Shown here one piece after another: positions 1 to 9,163 of a DNA stretch of 64,000 nt. Every line of letters starts with the position of its first letter. Position 1 is the first letter of the stretch. The position numbers were made by a program, and so were the translations under genes. The notes beneath the pieces were generated by a model. That model had not been told where the DNA came from. It saw only the letters and a program-made list of their open reading frames with translations, and made no database searches. The stretch is from an uncultured Acidobacteriota bacterium (GTDB lineage: Bacteria; Acidobacteriota; Thermoanaerobaculia; Multivoradales; UBA5704), in contig CAVWOZ010000017.1 of the NCBI GenBank assembly GCA_963756595.1, positions 26,597 to 90,596 on the forward strand, given 5' to 3'.

Positions 1-307
1 CCAGGCGGACCTCGCGGTCGCCCTCGCCGACCTGGCGCCCGACGGCCGCGTCGACGTGATCCTCCTCGACGAGGCGCCGGATTTCCTGCGGCAGCGGATC
101 ATGGTGACCGGCCGGGTCCTGCTCAACCGCGACAACGACGCCTGGAAAGAGTTGCGGGTCCGCACCATGCGCGAGTACGGCGATTCCGAATACTACCGGC
201 GGATCTACCGCGAGGCGCAGAAGCGCCGACTGGAACGAGGGGAGCCGAGTGGTCGATCAGCAAAAGCTATCGAGTCGCTTAAGCGCGTTGGAAAGCTACC
301 TCGCTGA
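1..307 (+). CDS. Minimal nucleotidyltransferase (MntA-like antitoxin), 5'-truncated by window edge
   Basis: The frame is open from position 2 (QADLAVALADLAPDGRVDVILLDEAPDF...) and resembles the C-terminal part of a MntA/DUF1814-type nucleotidyltransferase. Stop is at 305-307, overlapping the start of the downstream HepT-like gene, the typical mntA-hepT arrangement. Confidence 0.45.
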   Translation, partial: QADLAVALADLAPDGRVDVILLDEAPDFLRQRIMVTGRVLLNRDNDAWKELRVRTMREYGDSEYYRRIYREAQKRRLERGEPSGRSAKAIESLKRVGKLPR

Positions 308-665
308 GCTGCGCGCGTTCCGGGCTTACCCCCGCGAGCAGTTCATCGCCGAGCCGGCGCTCCACCACCTCGCCGAGCGATATCTCCATCTCGCCTGCGA
401 AGCCGTCCTCGACATCGCGCAGCACGTGATCGCCGACCAGGGCTACGCTCAGGCCGAGACCTACAAGAACGCCATCGAGGTCCTCCACGAGGAGGAGCTG
501 ATCGATCAGGATCAGTCCGACCGGCTGAAGCGCTGGATGGGGTTCCGCAACGTGCTGGTCCATCTCTATCTGGAGATCGACCACGGAAGGGTCTACGACG
601 CGATCCGGGAGGATCTTGGGGACCTCGAAGGGTTTGCGGCTCAGATCAGCAAACGGTTCCAATAA
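249..665 (+). CDS. HepT/DUF86 family HEPN-domain toxin
   Basis: 138 aa with a GTG start at 249. Carries the HEPN Rx4-6H motif (FRNVLVHLY) near the C-terminus, matching HepT/DUF86 size and position after the NTase gene. Confidence 0.7.
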   Translation: MVDQQKLSSRLSALESYLAELRAFRAYPREQFIAEPALHHLAERYLHLACEAVLDIAQHVIADQGYAQAETYKNAIEVLHEEELIDQDQSDRLKRWMGFRNVLVHLYLEIDHGRVYDAIREDLGDLEGFAAQISKRFQ

Positions 666-694
666 AAAGGGCGGCCTCGCGGCCGCCCTTTGTC
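664..694. terminator. Bidirectional rho-independent terminator hairpin between convergent hepT and mlaD
   Basis: AAAAAGGGCGGCC-TCGC-GGCCGCCCTTTGT: perfect 10-bp GC stem with a 4-nt loop, an A-tract on one side and a T-tract on the other, directly after the HepT stop (663-665). Confidence 0.5.
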
Positions 695-727
695 GTTCGA
701 TCAGACTTCGGGCAGATTTCCTGAACC

Positions 728-2200
728 CTACCGGATCCCCGAGCTCGCCAGACCCAGCAGCTTCTTGATGTTGTCGTCGGTCCACTTGATGCCGGCGCCG
801 AGGAAGAAGGAGCGGCGCTTCTGGACGAGGGGGTCGTCGTAGCCTCCGACGAGGTAGAGGTTGGGGGCGAACTGGTAGCGGCCGAGGAGGCGGAGGTGGG
901 CGTTCTCGTCGTTCGGCCGGTTGAAGTCGAAGGCCTCGAAGGAGAGGAGGAGACGGCGGTCTAAGACCGGCAGCGGGTACTCGATCTGGGCGCCGCCGCT
1001 CCCTTCGATGATGCCGGTGTAGAGGCGGGTGTCCATCGGTCCCTTGTAACCGAAGAGGCCGGTCGCCGAATAGCTCCGTTCATCCGAGACGGTATGGATG
1101 GTCGTCGTCTCGGGGATGCCGCTCGGCGGGGTCACCGTGTAGGTCTGCGTCTTGTCCGTCCGCTTCCCCTCGGGGGTGCTGACCAGGCCGGCGCGGTAGA
1201 GGTGCTTGCCGTCCTGGGGGTCGATGTCGAGGCGCAGGCCGGACTGCGAATCCTTGGTCTTCTGCAGATAGAAGGCCTGCATGTCGAGGTCGATCTTGAA
1301 CTTGTTCAGGCCCCCGAAGCTCTCGCTCAAGCTGGACACCCCGGTCTGGATGCTGTCGAGGGTCGAGAGGACGTCGTTGTAGGCCTTCTCGTCGTTGACC
1401 AGCTTGCCGATCGTCCCCTGGCCGCTCGCGATCTTGTCGGAGATCTTGTTGAGGTTGTCGGCCGAGGTCTGCAGCTTCCCCGTCAGCTCCTTGATGTTCC
1501 CCAGGCTCGCCGAGACGTTGCCGCGGTTCTCCTGCACCAGCGAGGAGATCTGGTCGAGGGCGCGGTTGGTCTCGGCGGCGAGGCGCGGCAGCTCGCGGGC
1601 GAGGATCGCCGTCAGCTGGTCGAAGTTGCGGATCCCCTGGGCGACGTTGGCGCGGTTCTCCGCCACCATGGCGCGGATCTCGGCCGAGGTGAGCTGGACG
1701 TCCGCCGCGAGGCGGTTCAGGCCGCCGCCGACGTCGGTGCCGGCGAGCTGGCCGGTGACCTGCTGGATCGCCGAGCCGATGTCGTTGATCTTCGCCATCG
1801 CGTCGTCGAGGCTGGGCGGCGTCGTCCCCTCGAGGACGGTGCCCGGGGGGAGCCGCGGCGCGTTCAGGGGGCCGGGGATCAGCTCGACGTACTTCTCGCC
1901 GAGCAGGCCGAGGGTGGCGATCTTCGCCTTGGTGCCGACGGTGAGCGGCTGCGGCTTGTCGAGCACCAGGTGGATGAGCGCCCGCGTCCCGGAGAGGCCG
2001 ACGCCGTCCACCTGCCCCACCTGCACCCCCGCGATGCGCACCGTGGCTTTGTTGTCGAGGCCGGCCACCGAGTCGAAGACGGCGTCGAAGTGCTGCCCCT
2101 TGGTGCCGAACGGGTTCCAGTCCTCGATCTTCCAGATCAGAATGCCGAGGGCGATGAGACACAGGGTCGCGAAGACCCCGACTTTGATCAGTGATTTCAT
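728..2200 (-). CDS. mlaD: MCE/MlaD-family substrate-binding protein (long form with C-terminal extension)
   Basis: N-terminal TM helix, then an MCE domain (ATVRIAGVQVGQVDGV...) and a long coiled-coil or low-complexity C-terminal region. Lies last in the mlaE-mlaF-mlaD order, with a 4-bp overlap to mlaF. Confidence 0.8.
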   Translation of the reverse strand: MKSLIKVGVFATLCLIALGILIWKIEDWNPFGTKGQHFDAVFDSVAGLDNKATVRIAGVQVGQVDGVGLSGTRALIHLVLDKPQPLTVGTKAKIATLGLLGEKYVELIPGPLNAPRLPPGTVLEGTTPPSLDDAMAKINDIGSAIQQVTGQLAGTDVGGGLNRLAADVQLTSAEIRAMVAENRANVAQGIRNFDQLTAILARELPRLAAETNRALDQISSLVQENRGNVSASLGNIKELTGKLQTSADNLNKISDKIASGQGTIGKLVNDEKAYNDVLSTLDSIQTGVSSLSESFGGLNKFKIDLDMQAFYLQKTKDSQSGLRLDIDPQDGKHLYRAGLVSTPEGKRTDKTQTYTVTPPSGIPETTTIHTVSDERSYSATGLFGYKGPMDTRLYTGIIEGSGGAQIEYPLPVLDRRLLLSFEAFDFNRPNDENAHLRLLGRYQFAPNLYLVGGYDDPLVQKRRSFFLGAGIKWTDDNIKKLLGLASSGIR

Positions 2201-3066
2201 AGCTCTCCCGCTGCCGGTGTCCGGGGCGCCGTCCGCGGGCCCGCGCTCTTCGGCGCCGCCTCGGACAGCGGACCGTCCGCCTCCCCGTGAATGAACTGCT
2301 GGACCCGCGGGTCCTCGAGTTTCTTGAACTCCTCCGGGGGGGCCTCGGCGATGATTTTACCCTGATAGAGCATGGCGACACGGTCGCCGATGCGGAACGC
2401 GCTCGCCATGTCGTGGGTGATGGTGAGGGTGGTCGTCTTCAGGCGGTCCGAGAGGTCGATGATCACCTCGTCGATCAGCGCCGTGGTCACCGGGTCGAGC
2501 CCCGTCGTCGGCTCGTCGAAGAGGAGGATCTCCGGCTCGTGCGCCACCGCCCGCGCGAACCCCACCCGGCGGCGCATGCCGCCCGAGAGCTGCGAGGGGA
2601 GCTTGTCGCTCACCCCTTCGAGGCGCACCATCTCCAGGCACTCCTTGACCCGCTCGTCGATCTCCTTGTGCGACTTCTTGGTCAGCCGCTGGAGGGGGAA
2701 GGCGACGTTCTGCCAGATGGTCATCGAGTCGAACAGCGCCCCTTCCTGGAACGCCATGCCGAACTTGCGGCGGAACTCGGTGATCTGCCGGTTGCCGAGC
2801 GTGTCGACGCGGATGCCGTCGACCTCGACGAGCCCCGAGTCGGGCTTGAGCAGGCCGATGATGTGCTTCAACATCACGCTCTTGCCCGTCCCCGAGCCGC
2901 CGATGATCACCAGCGACTCGGCCGGCGCCACGTCGAGGCTCAAGCCGTCGAGCACCACCTTCGGCCCGAACGACTTGTGCAGGTCGCGGATGTGGATCTT
3001 CGGCTGGTCCGACTCCGACAGGTCGGAAGGCCCTCGTGAGACCGGCTGCCGCGTTTCATTCGCCAT
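2197..3066 (-). CDS. mlaF: ABC transporter ATP-binding protein, MlaF-like
   Basis: Walker A GGSGTGKS, ABC signature LSGGMRRRVGFARA, Walker B LLFDEPTTGLD, H-loop ITHD. Confidence 0.85.
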   Translation of the reverse strand: MANETRQPVSRGPSDLSESDQPKIHIRDLHKSFGPKVVLDGLSLDVAPAESLVIIGGSGTGKSVMLKHIIGLLKPDSGLVEVDGIRVDTLGNRQITEFRRKFGMAFQEGALFDSMTIWQNVAFPLQRLTKKSHKEIDERVKECLEMVRLEGVSDKLPSQLSGGMRRRVGFARAVAHEPEILLFDEPTTGLDPVTTALIDEVIIDLSDRLKTTTLTITHDMASAFRIGDRVAMLYQGKIIAEAPPEEFKKLEDPRVQQFIHGEADGPLSEAAPKSAGPRTAPRTPAAGEL

Positions 3067-3078
3067 CAGCAGTCGTCC

Positions 3079-3830
3079 TCAGAAGAGCAGCCGGGTCAGG
3101 AAGAAGTCCGAGATCAGGATCGCCATGCTCGCCACCACCACGGCGGCGGTGGTCGAGCGCCCCACCCCCTCGGCGCCGCCGGAGGTGTAGAACCCCTGCA
3201 GGCAGCCGATCGAGGAGAGCAGGAAGCCGAAGACGGCCGCCTTGATCAGCCCCGAGACGAGGTCGTTGATATCCATGTACTGGAACGTCCGGTTGATGTA
3301 GCTGACCGGGTTCGCCTTCATCAGCACCACCGCCACCACGTAGCCGCCGGCGATGCCGATGAAGTTGCCGAGCACCACCAGCAGCGGCATGGTCAGCGTG
3401 GTGGCCCACACCCGCGGCACCACCAGGTAGTGGACGGGGTCGGTCGCCATCACCTCGAGGGCGTCGATCTGCTCGGTCACCCGCATGGTGCCGAGCTCGG
3501 CCCCCATCGCCGAGCCGGCGCGGCCGGCGACGGTCAGCCCCGAGAGGACCGAGGAGAGCTCGCGCACCATCGAGAGGGCCACCAGCGACCCCACGAAGCT
3601 CTCGGCGTTGAAGCGGCGCAGCACCGAGAAGGTCTGGAGCGCCAGCACCATGCCGGTGAAAAGCGTGGTCAGCAGCACCACCGGCAGCGAGTTGACCCCC
3701 ACCTTCACCATCTGGCGGAAGAGCTCGCGCCAGTCGTACGGCGGCCGGAAGGTCCAGGCGAAGATCCGCCCCACCATCTGCACGTAGCGCCCCATCTGCT
3801 CGAGAAATCTCTCGATCAGCCCCGGCGTCT

Positions 3831-3834
<4 letters not shown>
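3079..3834 (-). CDS. mlaE: ABC transporter permease, MlaE-like
   Basis: 251-aa polytopic membrane protein matching the MlaE/Ttg2B family along its length. Sits upstream of mlaF in the same operon, and its start overlaps the alr stop by 4 bp. Confidence 0.85.
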
Positions 3835-5066
<1,232 letters not shown>

Positions 5067-5112
5067 GTGCCCCTCGGGCCCGTCGTCCGGCGTCGTCGGC
5101 TGCGAAAGCAGA

Positions 5113-6474
5113 TCAGAAGGGAGCAGCGCCGGGGTCCGATCCATGCCGGTCGAGGTTCTTGAAGCTGGTGGTCTCACCGAGGAAGACGAGGTCGATGGTG
5201 CCGGTCTCGCCGTTCCGGTGCTTGGCGATGATCAGCTCGGCGAGCCCCTTGTTCTCGTCGGTCGGGTTGTAGACCTCGTCGCGGTAGATGAACGCCACCA
5301 TGTCGGCGTCCTGCTCGATGCTGCCGCTCTCGCGCAGGTCGGAGAGCTGCGGCCGGTGGTCGCTCCCCCGCCGCTCGGTCTGCCGCGAGAGCTGCGAGAG
5401 GGCGATCACCGGGATCTCGAGCTCCTTGGCGAGCTGCTTCAGGCCGCGGCTGATGGCGGCGATCTCGAGGTTGCGGTTCTCGTAGCGCCCCCCCGCCTGC
5501 ATCAGCTGGAGGTAGTCGAGGACGATCAGCGCCAGCCCCCGCTCCGCCTTCAGCCGCCGCGCCTTCGAGGCGACCTCGAGCAGGGTCGGGTTCGGCGAGT
5601 CGTCGATGTAGAGCGGCGCGTCGCCGATCGCCCGCACGGTCTGGATGATCCGCGTCCACTCCTTCTGCGACACCCGGTTCGAGCGCAGGCGGGAGAAGGA
5701 GATGTCCGCCTCCGAGCAGAGGATGCGCAGCGCCAGCTCCTGCTGGCTCATCTCGAGCGAGAAGATCCCCACGGTCTTCCGCTCGCGCACCGTCACGTGC
5801 TGGCAGACGTTGAGCGCGAAGCTGGTCTTCCCCATGCCGGGGCGGCCGGCGATGATCACCAGGTTCCCCTTGTTCAGCCCTTGGCTCATGCGGTCGAAGT
5901 CGACGAAGCCGCTCGGCACCCCGGTCAGCATCGTCCCCGGGCGCTCCTCGAGCTCCTCGAGGGTGGCGTGGAGGACGTTCGACAGCTGCGCGAAGCCGCG
6001 CTGGATCGCCTCCTCGCCGAGCCCGAGGATCGCCTGCTCCGCCCGCCCCAGCGCCTCCTTCGCCTCGAGCCCGCCGTCGAGGCAGTTGCGGATGATCTGC
6101 CCCGAGAGCTGGATCAGCCGCCGGCGCACCGAGCGCTCCTTGACGATCTCGACGTAGGCGTCGATCCGCCCGATGTCCGGCAGGTCGAGGTCGAGCCCCG
6201 TCAGGTAGGCGAGGCCGCCGATCATCACCAGCTGCGAGCGCTGCTCGAGTCGCGCCTGCAGCGTGCGCAGGTCGATCTCCACCTGCTCGTCCTGGAGGTC
6301 GAGCATCGCCTGGTAGAGGAGCTGGTGGCGCTCCGAGTAGAAGTCCTCCGCCCGCAGCCGCCCCGAGATCGTGGGCAGGATCGACGGGTCGAGCAGCACC
6401 CCGCCGAGCACCGCGCGCTCCGACTCCTCGCTGTGCGGCAGCGCCTTCTGTTGTTGGGGGAGGACGTCGATCAT
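5113..6474 (-). CDS. dnaB: Replicative DNA helicase DnaB
   Basis: DnaB N-terminal domain (AVLGGVLLDP), Walker A GRPGMGKTSFALN, and the C-terminal IIAKHRNGETG motif. Confidence 0.9.
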   Translation of the reverse strand: MIDVLPQQQKALPHSEESERAVLGGVLLDPSILPTISGRLRAEDFYSERHQLLYQAMLDLQDEQVEIDLRTLQARLEQRSQLVMIGGLAYLTGLDLDLPDIGRIDAYVEIVKERSVRRRLIQLSGQIIRNCLDGGLEAKEALGRAEQAILGLGEEAIQRGFAQLSNVLHATLEELEERPGTMLTGVPSGFVDFDRMSQGLNKGNLVIIAGRPGMGKTSFALNVCQHVTVRERKTVGIFSLEMSQQELALRILCSEADISFSRLRSNRVSQKEWTRIIQTVRAIGDAPLYIDDSPNPTLLEVASKARRLKAERGLALIVLDYLQLMQAGGRYENRNLEIAAISRGLKQLAKELEIPVIALSQLSRQTERRGSDHRPQLSDLRESGSIEQDADMVAFIYRDEVYNPTDENKGLAELIIAKHRNGETGTIDLVFLGETTSFKNLDRHGSDPGAAPF

Positions 6475-6590
6475 CGGGGCGTCGGCAGGATATCAGGGGG
6501 CGTCGTCCCCATTCTCCCGCGAGGACGGGAGACGGCGCAAGCGTCCAAAAGGATGAGGTCATCAAAGTCAGCCCGGAGGGCGACCTTCCC

Positions 6591-6656
6591 GTAGCCCAGG
6601 GTGTGAACCCTGGGACCGTCAGCCGCGACCCGCCCAGGGTTTACACCCTGGGCTAC
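6591..6656. repeat. REP-like palindromic hairpin with 24-bp arms
   Basis: GTAGCCCAGGGTGTGAACCCTGGG ... CCCAGGGTTTACACCCTGGGCTAC has one mismatch between arms. The GTAGCCC(R)GG core is shared with the inverted-repeat ends of the MITE-like elements at 16.7 and 24.6 kb. Lies between the desaturase 3' end and the dnaB promoter. Confidence 0.6.
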
Positions 6657-6726
6657 AGGAAGGCCGCCCTATCGGGCTTGCGTTGAGACCGACCGAACGG
6701 CCTACTCTATGGTCGGGGTTTGGGGG

Positions 6727-7746
6727 TTACCGCACGATCGCCCGGAACGGGTACAGGAACTGCCCCACGATCGACCCCAGGGTCCCCAGCCGCCCCGGGT
6801 TCTGCTCGAACGGGAAGTCGTCGTCCTCGATGCCGGTGTCGGGGTACTCGTCGTACCCCCGGTACTGGGTGCCGAACAGGTGGTCCCAGAGGCTGAAGGT
6901 GAGGCCGAAGTTCTTGTCGTGGTGGCGGGGCTCGACCGAGTGGTGCACCCGGTGCGACTGCGGGGTCACCAGCAGGTAGCGCAGCGGCCCGAAGTTGGAG
7001 CGGATATTGGCGTGGTACATCCGGGTGTGCCAGTGGCGGATCCAGACGATGGCGACCACGGTCACGAACGAGGGCTCGACCATGAACAGCGGGATGAATC
7101 CGATCGTATAGATGAACAGGTCGTCCACCGGATGCACCCGGTATTCGGTGAAGAAATTGAGCTCCTTCTGCGAGTGGTGCACGGCGTGGAAGTGCCAGAG
7201 GAAGGTCACCTTGTGCCGCACGATGTGGGTCGCCCAGAAGATCAGGTCGCTGAACAGCAGGGCGAGCACCAGCCGGGCGAGCCAGGGCCAGTGGGTGACG
7301 CTCCGGATCGTCAGGAACCCCAGGTGGCGGTCGTAGAGGAAGCGCAGCAGCGCCAGGTACAGCGGCAGCATCCAGGCATAGATCGCGATCTTGATCACCA
7401 CCCAGAGGAAATCCGCGCGAGCCCCCCGCGTCAGGCTCCCCTGCCCCGCCTTGGCCGGCACCAGCCGCTCGAGCAGGAGCACCAGGGCGAACACCCCATA
7501 GAACCAGGGATTGAGGAAGATCTCCTCGACCAGCGTGCGGTAGAGCGTCCCGTACGTCTCGCCGAACGCCTTGGCGGCGGACGCCTGGAACCCCGCGTCC
7601 CGCCAGGCGTACCAGCCGCCGAGCACGAGCAGCGCCAGGGAGAGCGCCAGCAAGGCGGCCCCGGCGAGGTTCCACCGTGCACCGCCCGTCCGGGACGGCG
7701 CCACCTCGGCCTCGGAAGGTGCCAGCACGGCCTCTGAATCGCCCAT
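6727..7746 (-). CDS. Fatty-acid hydroxylase / sterol desaturase superfamily membrane protein
   Basis: Three histidine boxes (HIVRHK, HAVHHS, HRVHHS) in a multi-TM protein. The longest ORF runs to 7875 but its first 43 aa are low complexity, so the ATG at 7746 (MGDSEAV...) is the more plausible start. Confidence 0.7.
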   Translation of the reverse strand: MGDSEAVLAPSEAEVAPSRTGGARWNLAGAALLALSLALLVLGGWYAWRDAGFQASAAKAFGETYGTLYRTLVEEIFLNPWFYGVFALVLLLERLVPAKAGQGSLTRGARADFLWVVIKIAIYAWMLPLYLALLRFLYDRHLGFLTIRSVTHWPWLARLVLALLFSDLIFWATHIVRHKVTFLWHFHAVHHSQKELNFFTEYRVHPVDDLFIYTIGFIPLFMVEPSFVTVVAIVWIRHWHTRMYHANIRSNFGPLRYLLVTPQSHRVHHSVEPRHHDKNFGLTFSLWDHLFGTQYRGYDEYPDTGIEDDDFPFEQNPGRLGTLGSIVGQFLYPFRAIVR

Positions 7747-7879
7747 CGACGTAAAAAACCTACGGCGCGGGATTTTACCACGGGCTGTGGAGGGAAAAAA
7801 TGGTCCTGGCGCCGCTTCGTTTCCGCCTCGGAAGGGTCCGATCCGCTCGCGCGTTGGCGACAAACAGCCTCCCAACCCT

Positions 7880-8160
7880 TCGCGAGTCCTGTTTCAAGGG
7901 AAATTTCTCGTCCGCGAAGCCTTGCGCGGCTGTTTTCTCGGTTGAAAAGTCTCTTCGCTGAGCTGTTTTTGTCCTCCGCGAAGCTTGTGCAGCTCTCTTC
8001 ACAGCCTCGCGAAGAGGTTTTCAAGCCAGAAAACTCTCCGCACAAGGGACATCAAGGAAGATTTCAAGGCTGACGAGGCGCTCGCGAGGCCTGAAAACGG
8101 CCCGCGCAAGGGAAATTTGTCTTCCGCGCAAGCTTCGCGAGGTCTTGCGGTCTAGTCTCA
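7880..8160. repeat. AT-richer degenerate tandem-repeat region (non-CRISPR)
   Basis: Seven or more imperfect 25-45-bp units of the form T-rich...CGCGAAG / CGCAAGG (for example TTTTCTCGGTTGAAAAGTCTCTTCGCTGAGCTG, TTTTTGTCCTCCGCGAAGCTTGTGCAGCTC, TTTTCAAGCC...CGCACAAGGG). It sits inside a 1.4-kb stretch with no convincing ORF (7750-9160), and local GC is far below the roughly 70% background. Confidence 0.4.
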
Positions 8161-9163
8161 CTGAGGAGCGGAGCCCGATGTTCGGGAGAAACCGCGTGTT
8201 GGATGAGCCATTTTCGACGCTTTCCTGATGCTCCAAAAAGGCCGTCGAAAACGCCCGGCCGCATGCGGCCGTGTGGCAGGCATGCCGACCGGCGCTCTTC
8301 GACGCGACGGCCGCCCGCCTGCTCCTGCTCTCGTTTCCTCGCGAAGCTTCCCCGCCGCCGATCGATGGGCGCGCTCTCCACGAGGACGTTCCCGGGGCCC
8401 GAGCCTGACTGGCGCGTCTGCCTCAGCGACCTGACGGTTGCCGAGGCCGAGCGACGGCGCATTCGCGGACGAGATCGAACCCCCTGCGCCGCGCCATCGG
8501 GGATCGACCGGACAGGCATCGGTCCCCATGCGGAACCCCCGAGATCCCACCGACCTGCCACGTGCCCAGTGGCTCCACGTCCCCATCGCCTCGTCAACCG
8601 AGCAACCTCCGCGCCGGCCCTGGGCACGGCGAGGAGTCCTTCGGACCGCGCACCCCGGAGTGGCCACCGGAGCCTCGCCAGCCTCGCTGAGCTCCTCTAG
8701 GACACCCTCCGCCTCCAGATTCGAGCGCCGCAGCCATTTGAGGAGCCACACCCTTGAGATCGACGAAGAGGCCCTCGGGTCGACGTCTTCCTGAAGCCAC
8801 AACGGCCGCACGAACCGGCCGCGGCTCTTCGTGAAATCCACCGTCCTGCCCTACGAAGAGACGTCCCGCCGTCCCCGTGGCCTGCAGAGGTTCTCGTTAT
8901 GCGCTGGGAACGTCTCTCCGGGACGGTTGCACGAGGTCGGAGCGACGGCGCGTTTCCGGACGTAGGATCGGTCCCCCTGCGGAACCGTCGGGGTCACGAC
9001 GACGTGCCCGTAGAGACGCTCCCAGCGATGAACGAGAACGCGACGCAGGCCATGGGGACGGCGGGCGTCTCTTCGCAGGGCAGGACGCACCGGGATTCGC
9101 GGGCGCCCTGATCTCTGCACCCTCCCGGCTCCGCTCAACCGCACCCATTTCAGGAGAACACCT

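Noticed and set aside
1080-2381. 433-aa Arg/Pro/Gly-rich minus-strand ORF and 366/299-aa plus-strand ORFs overlapping mlaD and mlaF
   Set aside because: They are alternative-frame translations of a high-GC coding region. The composition is low-complexity Arg/Gly/Pro with no motifs, and the true frame encodes a well-supported MCE protein.
6475-6726. Possible tRNA or ncRNA in the dnaB upstream region
   Set aside because: No cloverleaf-compatible sequence with GTTC-loop or acceptor-end features. The structure is accounted for by the 66-bp REP-like hairpin.
7880-8160. Possible CRISPR array
   Set aside because: The repeats are imperfect and variable in length, with no regular spacer periodicity and no cas genes nearby. 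It is better described as a degenerate tandem repeat.
8064-8841. 187-, 227- and 165-aa ORFs in the 7.75-9.16-kb gap
   Set aside because: They overlap each other in different frames, have no start context and no recognisable domains, and show composition typical of non-coding high-GC DNA.
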